This document shows positions 41,606 through 52,583 of a stretch of DNA of 55,129 nt, one piece after another. Location: assembly GCA_964419865.1 (NCBI GenBank), contig CAYQRX010000001.1:1-55129 (forward strand), in the 5' to 3' direction. A program made the position numbers and the translations under genes. The notes under the pieces are model-generated. The model had not been told where the DNA came from, did no database searches, and saw nothing but the letters and a program-made list of their open reading frames with translations. The stretch is from an uncultured Hyphomonas sp. Lineage in GTDB: Bacteria; Pseudomonadota; Alphaproteobacteria; Caulobacterales; Hyphomonadaceae. How positions within the stretch are numbered: position 1 is the stretch's first letter; each line of letters opens with the position of its first letter.

Positions 41606-42364
41606 ATGCCGCGCACGTTGATCGCCGGAAACTGGAAAATGAACGGCCTGCAGGAGAATCTGGCGGAAGTCGAAAAGATCGCCGGGGCTGTTCCTGCAGC
41701 CGAAGGCAGTCCGGAGGCGCTCCTCTGCCTTCCCGCAACACTCATATTGGCCGCCAGCAGCGTATCGACGGGCTCCGGCCTCAGGATCGGCGGCGAAACC
41801 TGCCACCCAAAGGATAAGGGCGCGCATACTGGTGACATCTCCGCGCCGATGCTCGCGGATGCGGGAGCAGTCTATGTCATCGTCGGACACTCCGAGCGCC
41901 GCGCCGATCATGGCGAAACGGACGCGGACATCGCCGGTCAGGCTGAAGCCGCCAATCGAGCTGGCCTTACGCCCATTATTTGTGTGGGGGAAACCCTGGC
42001 TGAGCGTGATCGCGGGGTGGTTATGGAGATCATTTCATCGCAGATCGCCGGATCGATCCCCGCAGGCGCCGATCCGGGGCGCATTGTCGTCGCTTATGAG
42101 CCCGTCTGGGCCATCGGCACGGGCCGTGTGGCTGAGCCGGAGCAGATTGCGCAGGTTCACCGGCTGATCCGCCGCCTGCTGGTAGAGCGTTTCGGGCCGG
42201 CTGGACAGGCGGTCAGGATTCTGTATGGCGGCAGCATGAATCCGGGAAATGCTGCAGAAATACTCAGTGTCGACGAGGTAAATGGCGGCCTGATCGGCGG
42301 CGCGAGCTTGAACGCAGCAGACTTTCTCGCCATCTACCGTACAGCCGCTCTGCAAGTTGTATGA
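41606..42364 (+). CDS. tpiA: Triosephosphate isomerase
   Basis: AGNWKMN, GHSERR, AYEPVWAIGTG, LYGGS and LIGGASL motifs; ATG 41606. Confidence 0.97.
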   Translation: MPRTLIAGNWKMNGLQENLAEVEKIAGAVPAAEGSPEALLCLPATLILAASSVSTGSGLRIGGETCHPKDKGAHTGDISAPMLADAGAVYVIVGHSERRADHGETDADIAGQAEAANRAGLTPIICVGETLAERDRGVVMEIISSQIAGSIPAGADPGRIVVAYEPVWAIGTGRVAEPEQIAQVHRLIRRLLVERFGPAGQAVRILYGGSMNPGNAAEILSVDEVNGGLIGGASLNAADFLAIYRTAALQVV

Positions 42365-42435
42365 GGCGCCGACTTGGCGAAAAGTGATATCGGCGATATG
42401 CGGGCGCCTTAGAGTCAGAAAAGTCGGGCGGGCCC

Positions 42436-42867
42436 ATGCAGAACGTCATCCTTGTAGTCCATATCATCGCTTGTTTGGTGATGATTGGCCTTGTCCTCCT
42501 CCAGAAATCGGAAGGGGGCGGGCTCGGCATCGGCGGCGGCGGTGCAAACTCGCTTATGTCGGGCAGAGGCGCTGCAGGCACCCTCGTGCGTTCAACCATG
42601 ATTTTCGGCGCCATTTTCTTTGCCACGAGCCTCGCTCTGACATCCATTGCGAACCGCAGCGCGGACAACAGAAGCGGTATCGAGAGAGCATTGGAGCAGG
42701 AGGGCCAGACGCCTGCGCCTGCGGGCCCCGTAGACCTTTTCGATCCCTCGACCACGCTGCTCAACGAACCGCAGGCCGCTCCGGCCGTTCCCGAAGATGC
42801 GGCACCGGATCTGGCAGACCCGCAATCCACTGAAGATGCTGGCGAGCCGCCGGCCAATCCCCAGTAA
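42436..42867 (+). CDS. secG: Preprotein translocase subunit SecG
   Basis: VLLQKSEGGGLG motif; two TM helices; acidic Pro-rich tail; tpiA-secG-pyrG order. Confidence 0.93.
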   Translation: MQNVILVVHIIACLVMIGLVLLQKSEGGGLGIGGGGANSLMSGRGAAGTLVRSTMIFGAIFFATSLALTSIANRSADNRSGIERALEQEGQTPAPAGPVDLFDPSTTLLNEPQAAPAVPEDAAPDLADPQSTEDAGEPPANPQ

Positions 42868-44565
<1,698 letters not shown>

Positions 44566-44570
44566 GCCTG

Positions 44571-45800
44571 TCAGGCAGGCCGGGTCACCTGGAATTGCCC
44601 GACATTGATCCGCCCGTCGGTGAAACCGGCTTCACAATAGCTGAGATAGAAGTTCCAGAGCCGGCGGAAGGGCTCATCGAAACCGAGCTCGCGAATTTCA
44701 TCCCAGCGGTCGTTGAACGTGCGCGCCCATTCCCGGCAAGTCCGTGCATAGTCCTGCCCGAAATAGATCATCCCATCATGCCGTAGACCAGCTCTGGCGA
44801 ATTGCTGTTTGAGCACTTGTTCGCTGATCAGCATGCCGCCGGGAAAAATGTGCTGCTGGATAAAGTCGACGCGGCGGCGATAGCGCTCGAACAAATCATC
44901 ATTGATCGTAATGATCTGCAGCGCGGCGCGCCCGCCTGCCTTCAGCGACGAGTAGATCTTGGCGAAGTAGCTTGGCCAGTACGCCTCGCCGACTGCCTCG
45001 AACATCTCAATTGAAGCAACACCGTCATATGTGCCTTGATGATCGCGGTAATCCTCGAGACGGATATCCACCCGATCACTAAGACCTTCCCGGTGCATCC
45101 TCTCGAGCGCGAAGTCGCGTTGAGACGGCGAGATCGTAAGACAGGTCACCCGGGAGCCGCGATGCTTGGCGGCATACTCCGCAAACCCGCCCCAGCCACA
45201 GCCGATCTCAAGGATATGGCTTTCGGGTCCCGCCTGTATCCGGTCGCAAATGCCGCGATACTTGTTCATCTGGCCTTGTTGTAAAGACTGATTGGGATTT
45301 TCGAACTTCGCTGAAGAATAGGTCATGCTCGGATCGAGCCACGTCTCATAGAAGTCGTTCCCAAGATCATAGTGCGCTATGATGTTTCTTTTCGCACCCT
45401 CACGCGAATTGCGCCGCACAAACATGTGGCGCAGCATATTCATTGAGCGGACGATCCACCCGCCTTTCGCCAACTGGCCGATCGCCTCGAAATTAGCGGA
45501 GAAGAATCGGAGTACCGCAGTCAAATCGGATGTTGACCACATTCCCTCGATATAGGCGTCAGCAAAACCCACATCGCCACCGGCCAGCGCGCGCTTGATG
45601 AAGTCATAGTCATGGACATCAATCTCCGCATCAGGCCCATCATTCTTGTTGTCGAATCGAAGCCGCCGCCCGTCAGGCAAATTGAATGTAAGACGGCCAT
45701 ACTCCGTGCGAAGAAGGAGTAAAGCGGCGATGCGGAACGATGCGGGCACACCGCTCAGGGTGCGGATTGCATTCGGCGTGGCAGTAATATGTTCGCTCAT
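44571..45800 (-). CDS. Cfa/CMAS-family SAM-dependent fatty-acyl methyltransferase (UfaM/CfaS-like)
   Basis: NIIAHYDLGNDFY, DPSMTYSSA, LEIGCGWGG, SIEMFEAVG, FIQQHIFPGG and YCEAGF motifs; start ATG 45800 after GGAGG, overlapping the upstream stop. Confidence 0.9.
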   Translation of the reverse strand: MSEHITATPNAIRTLSGVPASFRIAALLLLRTEYGRLTFNLPDGRRLRFDNKNDGPDAEIDVHDYDFIKRALAGGDVGFADAYIEGMWSTSDLTAVLRFFSANFEAIGQLAKGGWIVRSMNMLRHMFVRRNSREGAKRNIIAHYDLGNDFYETWLDPSMTYSSAKFENPNQSLQQGQMNKYRGICDRIQAGPESHILEIGCGWGGFAEYAAKHRGSRVTCLTISPSQRDFALERMHREGLSDRVDIRLEDYRDHQGTYDGVASIEMFEAVGEAYWPSYFAKIYSSLKAGGRAALQIITINDDLFERYRRRVDFIQQHIFPGGMLISEQVLKQQFARAGLRHDGMIYFGQDYARTCREWARTFNDRWDEIRELGFDEPFRRLWNFYLSYCEAGFTDGRINVGQFQVTRPA

Positions 45801-46606
45801 ACAGGTTCCTCCCGCCGTTCCTGGACTGTGCCCCGGACGGACTTGGCGATCGTTGCCGGCCGCGCCGGCGGAACTGGCCTGCGCCGGTAGCCGGCGCCCC
45901 GCAACCATATCTTCAGCGCCTGCCAGTGGATGCCGACAGTAACACCCATCGACGCGAGGGGCTGCGTTATTGCCTGGCGCAACAGGTTGAAATCTGACGC
46001 CTTGGCCTGCTTGGCGACAATGCTGGCCATATGGGTGCGCCGGTCGCCATCCCAGTTTTCTACTACGATACGTAAGCACTCATCCGGCGCCTGCAAGGTG
46101 AAGCGGTATCGCCCGGACACGTCGAGAAATGGCGATACATGGAAAGCCTTGGGCGCTTCATGCTGCGACTGCCGGGCTCCGGCGCTTGCAACATAGCAGT
46201 GCTGCTCGCCGAATGTGTTGTTCACTTCGTAGATGATGCCCCGCAGATCGCCGGCTGGCCCATATCCGTACCAGAGGGACAAAGGCGCGAACTTGTAGAA
46301 CAGATGCCGCGGGAAAGTGACCAGGCGGATTTCACCCCCCTCCAGATCCACCCCGGCGCTTTGGAGCATCTCCTCCGCCCATGGGCGCAACTTGGCGCCC
46401 GCGGCCTTCGGCCCGTGGTCTCTGGTCTGAAACGAAAAAAGGGAAGGGCGCCCTACGGCAAATAAAAGATTGCATCGGCCAGCTTGGTCGAGGCGGTCAA
46501 TGTCCAGATCAATGAGGAATATATTGTACTGAAAGCGTCGCTCGAATGGTGCGAAGCGCTTATGAACCGTCTTGCCGGTCCAGAGCCGGAGGGCGGGCGT
46601 GGTCAA
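45797..46606 (-). CDS. DUF1365-family protein (UfaO-like)
   Basis: H.R..P..RRF.Y, YEVNNTFGEQHCY, KAFHVSPF and IHWQALKIW are DUF1365 signatures. Confidence 0.88.
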   Translation of the reverse strand: MTTPALRLWTGKTVHKRFAPFERRFQYNIFLIDLDIDRLDQAGRCNLLFAVGRPSLFSFQTRDHGPKAAGAKLRPWAEEMLQSAGVDLEGGEIRLVTFPRHLFYKFAPLSLWYGYGPAGDLRGIIYEVNNTFGEQHCYVASAGARQSQHEAPKAFHVSPFLDVSGRYRFTLQAPDECLRIVVENWDGDRRTHMASIVAKQAKASDFNLLRQAITQPLASMGVTVGIHWQALKIWLRGAGYRRRPVPPARPATIAKSVRGTVQERREEPV

Positions 46607-47919
46607 GCAGACACCTCTACCGCAGGCATTACGATATGAAGGTTGCGCCGGGCAGGATATCTGTCAACATTCTGTGCCTGCCACGATACCTTGCCGCCGA
46701 GTGCAAATGCCGCCGCCAGGCCGGACTTCAGCCCGTCTTCGTGAAAGCCCCGGCCCATCCAGGCGCCAGCAAACCACACCCCGGCCTTACCCTGTATCCG
46801 CTTTAAGCCGCGCACGGCGGCCTCGGCGGCTGCATCAAACTGCGGGTGATCGTAAGTGTAATGATGGAATGTCAGCTCCTCCCGAGGTGCCTCTGCCGGG
46901 TTCAGCGTAATGAACAATGGCCGAGACGGATCGAGGCCCTGCAGGCGGTTCATCCAGTAGGTCAGACAGATGTCGTCTTCAGTCTGTTTCAGGACGTTCC
47001 AACTCGCCCAGGCGGCTCGGCGTTTCGGCATCAGTGCCGGATCCCGGTGAAGCCATATGCTGTTCGGCCTGTAGCGAACGGATCGGAGAAGGAATGCCTG
47101 CTCCTCATACTGGTTGTCCAACAGACGAAGCGCCTGGTCCGAATGGGTGGCTAGAATAACCTCGTCGAAGACCTCCGTCGTCCCATTGGTGAGACTAACC
47201 GCTGTCTTGGCACCGAAAGGCGCGACCTGCAGAACGCCGAGGCCTGATTTCACCCGATCGCCGAGGCCCGCAACAATCTTCTCTACATAGGTCCGGCTTC
47301 CGCCTTTCACGGTGCGCCACTTGGGGCGCTCCTTGTGCATCAGCCGGTGATTGTCAAAAAACTGGAAGAAGCTCTGCGCCGGATAACTCAGGATTTCACG
47401 CTCCGGCGTCGACCAGATCGCTGCCCCCATCGGCAGGATGTAATTCTTTCGGAATGCCGGGTCGAAACCATGACGGTCAAGCCAGGTGCCGAGTGTGGTG
47501 TCTGAAATGGGTCCATTTGCGAGGTCGAGGCGAGCGGTATCGTTGAACTTGAGAATCGTCCTCCAGAAGCGGTGAAAGGCCGGGTTCAGAATATTGCGTT
47601 TCTGAGCGAACAGGCCGGAAAGCGTTGAGGCCCACTCCCAGCCATCCGGATCGGAAACGGCGAAACTCATATCGGATGCCTGCGTCTCAACACCCAGCTC
47701 ATCAAAAAGCGCAATCAGATTAGGGTAGTTCAGCGCGTTATAGACGATGAAGCCAAGGTCGACCTTTGTCGGATGGCCGTCATAGTCGAAGGCATAGGTA
47801 TTGGCATGCCCGCCAGCGCGGCCATCCTGCTCAAAGAGGGTAATGTTGGCAACATCCTTGAGTGCCCATGCGGCGCCTAGGCCCGAGATGCCGGAACCGA
47901 TAATCGCGACCTTCTTCAT
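46603..47919 (-). CDS. FAD-dependent amine-oxidase-family oxidoreductase (UfaD-like fatty acid desaturase)
   Basis: IAIIGSGISGL-type Rossmann motif (VAIIGSGISGL), GGHANT, VDLGFIVYN..NYPN, SDMSF, PMGAAIWS, TYWMNRLQ and GFHEDG. Confidence 0.88.
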   Translation of the reverse strand: MKKVAIIGSGISGLGAAWALKDVANITLFEQDGRAGGHANTYAFDYDGHPTKVDLGFIVYNALNYPNLIALFDELGVETQASDMSFAVSDPDGWEWASTLSGLFAQKRNILNPAFHRFWRTILKFNDTARLDLANGPISDTTLGTWLDRHGFDPAFRKNYILPMGAAIWSTPEREILSYPAQSFFQFFDNHRLMHKERPKWRTVKGGSRTYVEKIVAGLGDRVKSGLGVLQVAPFGAKTAVSLTNGTTEVFDEVILATHSDQALRLLDNQYEEQAFLLRSVRYRPNSIWLHRDPALMPKRRAAWASWNVLKQTEDDICLTYWMNRLQGLDPSRPLFITLNPAEAPREELTFHHYTYDHPQFDAAAEAAVRGLKRIQGKAGVWFAGAWMGRGFHEDGLKSGLAAAFALGGKVSWQAQNVDRYPARRNLHIVMPAVEVSA

Positions 47920-49370
47920 TATACGGATTCATCCTCTTTAAGGGCATTGTATGCTGCCAGGGCTCTCACGCGCGCCTCGGCGTGTCTGACGATTGGCTTC
48001 GGATAAGTTTTTCCTAGTTCGACACTCGCTGCCGCCAGCGTCCGCGTATCCGCCTCAAACGGGGCGTGCAGGTACTTGTCCGGCAGGTTTGCAAGCTCTG
48101 GACACCATTGGCGAACATAATCGCCGTTCGTGTCGAACTTCTGACCCTGCGTGATCGGATTGAATATACGGAAGTAGGGTGCCGCATCAGCGCCGCTTCC
48201 CGCAGTCCATTGCCAGCTTGCGGGGTTTGAGGCCGGGTCGGCATCCACGAGCGTATCCCAGAACCAGGCCTCGCCCACCTGCCAAGGCATAAGCAGATGC
48301 TTGGTGAGGAAGGATGCAACAATCATCCGAACACGGTTATGCATCCAGCCAGTATGCCAGAGTTCGCGCATACCTGCATCGACAATGGGATAGCCTGTCT
48401 GCCCTCTGCACCAGGCATCGGAGCTGCGCGTGTCCTCGCGCCACCGCATACGGTCGAAGCGGGCGTTATAGTTCGCAGAAGCAAGCTCAGGATTGAAATA
48501 GAGGAGGGTGTAGGAGAATTCTCTCCAGGCAATCTCCGACAGAAACACCCGTGCCGACTCCTCATCCGCACCGAGCGTCGCGGTCCGGGCCTGCACGGCT
48601 CGCCAGATCTGTGCGGGACTGATTTCGCCAAAGCGCAAATGGGGTGAGAGCCGGGACGTTCCATCGGGAAGCCCCGGCAAGTTCCGAGTATTGGCATACC
48701 GGCTCACGGGGCCATCGAGAAACGCGTCAAGGCGTCTGTGTGCGCCGGCCTCTCCCGGCTCCCACATATCGGCGAGACCGGCCGACCAGTCGGGCTTCTC
48801 AGGATGAAGCTTCCAGTCACCCAGGCTTTCGCTTTGTGCCTGTGCGGGTTTGATGCGTGTCGGCGAGGGCGCGAGTACGGAAGGCTTGTAGTGGGTCTGC
48901 AGGGCTCGCCAGAACGGCGTAAAAACCTTGTACCAGCCGCCGCTTGCCGTTGTCAGTTCCCATGGCTCGACAAGCAGGCGGCCATTGAAACTGCGGCAAT
49001 CGATGCCTTCAGGCTTCAACTGCGTTTTCAGGGCAGAGTCTTGATTGCGCTCCGGGCCGTATCGCCGGTTCCATACAATCGTATCGGCGCCGGTTTCTTC
49101 GATGAGCGCTCGCACAATCGAATGCGTATCACCTGTCCTGAGGATCAGTTTCCCACCGATAGCCTCGAGGGAGTCTGCGAGGCGCCGCAGGCTTTTGTCC
49201 AGCCACCATCGCCCAGCCCCGCCAAGCGGTCTGGACCCCGCCACTCCCGTTTCCCGCAGATAGACGCAGACCAGAGGCCTTCCCGTACTGGCAGCCCAAT
49301 GCAGCGCCGGATTGTCATTTAGCCTGAGGTCCTCACGGAACCAGACAATAACAGGTGAGGCGGAGGGCAT
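47919..49370 (-). CDS. phrB: Class I CPD deoxyribodipyrimidine photolyase
   Basis: WFREDLRLNDNPAL, TSRLSPHLRFGEISP, GQTGYPIVDAGMREL, WMHNRVRMIVASFLTK and DAAPYFRIFNP motifs. Confidence 0.94.
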   Translation of the reverse strand: MPSASPVIVWFREDLRLNDNPALHWAASTGRPLVCVYLRETGVAGSRPLGGAGRWWLDKSLRRLADSLEAIGGKLILRTGDTHSIVRALIEETGADTIVWNRRYGPERNQDSALKTQLKPEGIDCRSFNGRLLVEPWELTTASGGWYKVFTPFWRALQTHYKPSVLAPSPTRIKPAQAQSESLGDWKLHPEKPDWSAGLADMWEPGEAGAHRRLDAFLDGPVSRYANTRNLPGLPDGTSRLSPHLRFGEISPAQIWRAVQARTATLGADEESARVFLSEIAWREFSYTLLYFNPELASANYNARFDRMRWREDTRSSDAWCRGQTGYPIVDAGMRELWHTGWMHNRVRMIVASFLTKHLLMPWQVGEAWFWDTLVDADPASNPASWQWTAGSGADAAPYFRIFNPITQGQKFDTNGDYVRQWCPELANLPDKYLHAPFEADTRTLAAASVELGKTYPKPIVRHAEARVRALAAYNALKEDESV

Positions 49371-49407
49371 TGAGCTCGTGCATCCAGAATTTGTTTCTTT
49401 ATCCGTC

Positions 49408-49436
49408 TCTTACGCCAGGCAAGATCAAACGGATCA
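49408..49436 (-). promoter_or_regulatory. RpoE (ECF11, ChrR-controlled) promoter TGATCC-N18-TAAGA
   Basis: Minus strand reads TGATCC gtttgatcttgcctggcg TAAGA, 37 nt upstream of the photolyase ATG; matches the Rhodobacter sigmaE consensus, and the downstream genes are typical sigmaE targets. Confidence 0.85.
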
Positions 49437-49516
49437 CCCGGCAGCTGCGCCCTCCTTTCTATCCGGCGCCGGGGCGGCTATAGCCCCCAGAACCAAACAA
49501 CAATTGGTTTGCGCCC

Positions 49517-50977
49517 ATGCCACCATCCCTCCCTGATCTGCTGAGCCGCGCCTCCGGGAAACGCGTCCTTTGCGTCGGCGACATCATGCTCGACAGGTTC
49601 ATTTACGGCACGGTTGACCGCATATCGCCTGAGGCGCCGGTCCCTGTGCTGCGTCATAGCCGGGAGTCGGCCATGCCTGGCGGCGCGGCCAATGTCGCGC
49701 GCAATCTCGCCTCTCTTGGCCTTCACCCGGTCCTGATTGGCGCCAGAGGGGATGACGAGACGGGCAGGGAACTGGCCTCACTCCTTGATCAGGAGACGGC
49801 CCTCTCGGCGCGGCTGATATCCCTTCAAGGCCGGCCAACCACCGTCAAACGGCGCTTCGTCGCGGGCGGGCACCAGTTATTGCGCGTTGATACGGAGGAC
49901 GTCTCGCCGGTTTCAGCCGATGCTGAAGCCGACCTGGTGCGGTTGATCGCTGAGGAAGCGAGGGCCGCGTCCGCCATCCTCCTGTCGGACTATGCCAAGG
50001 GCCTGCTGACCGACACTGTAATCGCCGGTGCTCTGGAAGTGGCGGCGAGGCTCAGTATTCCGGTTGTTGCGGATCCGAAAGGCCGCAACTTTGCGCGTTA
50101 TGGCGCTGTTGATGTGCTGAAGCCCAACGCATCCGAACTGGCCTCGGCGACTGGCCTGCCGGTTGGGACCGATCAGGAAGCTGCTGCGGCGCTGACGCAT
50201 GCCATTGATCTCCTTCCCGCCAGGGCGATTGTCGTCACCCGGGCTGCGCGCGGCATGTCGTTCATCCGCAAGGGCGAAGCGCCCCACCATCGGGCGGGAC
50301 GGGCCAGGGAAGTTTATGATGTCTCGGGCGCGGGCGATACGAGTCTCGCGGCGATCGGCGCGGCGATAGCTGCGGGCGCAGGGCTGGGCGAAGCCGTGGC
50401 GTTGGCGATAGCGGCCTCCGGTGTCGCCGTTGGCAAGGCCGGCACCGCTACTGTCTCTGCCTCAGAGGTCCGGGCCGTGCTTGCAGATGACGGGCTCGCC
50501 GGCCGGGCAGGGACTCTTCCCCTGGAGGCGATGATCGGCCAGGTGGCGCGCTGGCGTGCCGCCGGGCTGCGGATCGGTTTCACCAATGGGTGCTTTGACA
50601 TCCTCCATCCAGGGCACATCCGGGTCATCGAACAGGCCCGCGCACAGTGCGATCGGCTGATTATCGGGCTGAACTCCGATGCTTCAGTTACGCGCCTCAA
50701 GGGGCCCGGCCGACCGGTAAACGACCAGAGTGCGCGCGCCGATGTGCTGGCGGCGCTCGGCGCGGTTCACGGCGTCATAATCTTCGACGACGATACGCCG
50801 CTGTCGGTGATCGAGGCATTGAAGCCGGATGTGCTCGTCAAGGGCGGAGATTACAGCCGGGACACGGTCGTGGGCGCCGAGATCGTCGAAGCCAGCGGCG
50901 GCAAGGTAGTCATTGTGCCGCTCGTGCCGGGGCACTCAACGACCGCCACCATTGAGCGCAGCCAGGACAAATCCTGA
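49517..50977 (+). CDS. hldE: Bifunctional heptose-7-phosphate kinase / heptose-1-phosphate adenylyltransferase
   Basis: GDIMLDRF..G.VDRISPEAPVPV, SDYAKG and DVSGAGDT (kinase); FTNGCFDILHPGH and LVKGGDY (adenylyltransferase). Confidence 0.94.
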   Translation: MPPSLPDLLSRASGKRVLCVGDIMLDRFIYGTVDRISPEAPVPVLRHSRESAMPGGAANVARNLASLGLHPVLIGARGDDETGRELASLLDQETALSARLISLQGRPTTVKRRFVAGGHQLLRVDTEDVSPVSADAEADLVRLIAEEARAASAILLSDYAKGLLTDTVIAGALEVAARLSIPVVADPKGRNFARYGAVDVLKPNASELASATGLPVGTDQEAAAALTHAIDLLPARAIVVTRAARGMSFIRKGEAPHHRAGRAREVYDVSGAGDTSLAAIGAAIAAGAGLGEAVALAIAASGVAVGKAGTATVSASEVRAVLADDGLAGRAGTLPLEAMIGQVARWRAAGLRIGFTNGCFDILHPGHIRVIEQARAQCDRLIIGLNSDASVTRLKGPGRPVNDQSARADVLAALGAVHGVIIFDDDTPLSVIEALKPDVLVKGGDYSRDTVVGAEIVEASGGKVVIVPLVPGHSTTATIERSQDKS

Positions 50978-50987
50978 CCTCTTCGGC

Positions 50988-51440
50988 TCAATTCGTCGCC
51001 TCTTTCTTGAGCTCATAGGTCCCGGAACCGGTCAGGGTAAACCATTCCGGAATATCCGGGTGGCTCAGAGGTATGTCGGAATCGTCCGGGACGAGGTTCT
51101 GCTCGGACACATAAGCAATGTAGTGAGTGCGATCGTTTTCAGCGAACAGGTGGTAGAAAGGCTGGTCTTTCCGGGGGCGCACCTCCTCGGGGATCGACTC
51201 ATACCACTCGTCCGTATTGGCGAACTGCGGGTCCACATCGAAGATCACACCCCGGAACGGGAACAGCTTGTGACGCACCACCTGGCCGATCTGGAATTTC
51301 GCCACATGCCGCGAAATCGCATTATAATACAGGTCTCTACCGATGGTTTCTGTGAGCAAAAGCGGTGCTTCAGCGCCCCGGCGCCCCCGCTTCCGGAAAA
51401 TTGACGTCAACCAGCCGGAACGGCCGCTTCTACTGGTCAT
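50988..51440 (-). CDS. hspQ: Heat shock protein HspQ (YccV-like domain); start uncertain
   Basis: AKFQIGQVVRHKLFPFRGVIFDVDP...RPRKDQPFYHLFAEN..YIAYVSEQNL; candidate starts are ATG 51440 and GTG 51305. Confidence 0.88.
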   Translation of the reverse strand: MTSRSGRSGWLTSIFRKRGRRGAEAPLLLTETIGRDLYYNAISRHVAKFQIGQVVRHKLFPFRGVIFDVDPQFANTDEWYESIPEEVRPRKDQPFYHLFAENDRTHYIAYVSEQNLVPDDSDIPLSHPDIPEWFTLTGSGTYELKKEATN

Positions 51441-51491
51441 TTTCAGCTCCTGTGATAGACAATGCCTCAAGTTTTCCTTTCGGGCCACACC

Positions 51492-52583
51492 ATGGCTGAC
51501 AAAAATGACAGGGGAGGGCCGCCCCGACGCGCGCATGCCCGCCCCTCAAACACCCGGCCGCTCTATGCAGCGGTCGACCTTGGCACAAATAATTGCCGAC
51601 TCCTCGTGGCAGAGCCGCGAGGACAGACCTTTCGTGTGGTTGACTCCCACTCGCAGATCGCAAGGCTGGGGGAGGGGCTGCAGGTTACCGGGCGGCTGTC
51701 GGAGGCAGCGATCGAGCGCGCCCTGGACGCCCTCCACAACATCCGGCGAAAGCTGAAACATCACGGCGTCGGCCGTGTCCGCTGCATCGCCACTGAAGCG
51801 TGCCGCAAGGCTGAAAATGGCCCCGACTTCATCCGCCGCGTCCATACCGAGACAGGGCTCACCTTCAAGGTTATCGGGGCCAAGGAAGAAGCGCGCCTCG
51901 CAACCATCGGCTGCCACGACCTGCTCGTGCAGCCCTCAAAGTCGGTCCTCGTCGTCGATATCGGCGGCGGCTCCACAGAGCTTTCGTTGATGGATGCCGA
52001 AGCCGTTCGCACCAAGGGTCTGAAAGGAATGCTGGAGCGCGCGCCAATCGTCGACTGGACGAGCCTCAAGATGGGTGTCGTGACCTTGAGCGATGCCTTT
52101 CGCGAACACGATGAGACCGCTGGCTGGCCGCGGATGCTTGCCCATGCCCGCGAGATTGTCGCCAGTTGGCCCGGGCTGGCCGCTGCGCAAGCGCGGCTGG
52201 AAGCAGACGAAGGCTATCTCATCGGCACCTCCGGCACCGTGACCTGCCTTGCCGGCGTCCATCTGAAGCTCGACCGCTATCGGCGCGACCGGGTCGATGG
52301 CACCTGGATGAGCCGCGATGAAGGCGAGGCTACGATAGGCCTGCTCAGGGAACTCGGCATTGATGGCCGAGCCCGCCTGCCCACCATCGGCGAGGAACGT
52401 GCACCTCTCATGCTGGCGGGCTGTGCGATCATGCAGGCGGTGTGGGAAGGGTTCGATACAAGGCGCCTCCGCGTGGCTGACCGGGGGCTGCGTGAGGGAC
52501 TGCTCCTGTCCATGATGTACGGCCGGCCGCGCAGCCGGCGGCGCCGGGGCAGGGGCCAGCGCCGGCAGGAGGCGCCGCAATGA
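51492..52583 (+). CDS. Ppx/GppA-family phosphatase (short form)
   Basis: AAVDLGTNNCRL, ATEACR.A.N, DIGGGSTE and GLREG motifs. Confidence 0.92.
   Translation: MADKNDRGGPPRRAHARPSNTRPLYAAVDLGTNNCRLLVAEPRGQTFRVVDSHSQIARLGEGLQVTGRLSEAAIERALDALHNIRRKLKHHGVGRVRCIATEACRKAENGPDFIRRVHTETGLTFKVIGAKEEARLATIGCHDLLVQPSKSVLVVDIGGGSTELSLMDAEAVRTKGLKGMLERAPIVDWTSLKMGVVTLSDAFREHDETAGWPRMLAHAREIVASWPGLAAAQARLEADEGYLIGTSGTVTCLAGVHLKLDRYRRDRVDGTWMSRDEGEATIGLLRELGIDGRARLPTIGEERAPLMLAGCAIMQAVWEGFDTRRLRVADRGLREGLLLSMMYGRPRSRRRRGRGQRRQEAPQ

Noticed and set aside
44571-49370. Possible horizontally acquired island (parts look slightly less GC-rich by eye)
   Set aside because: No integrase, tRNA, transposase or flanking direct repeats, and similar AT-richer patches occur in core genes such as dxr and gltX; composition was not computed.
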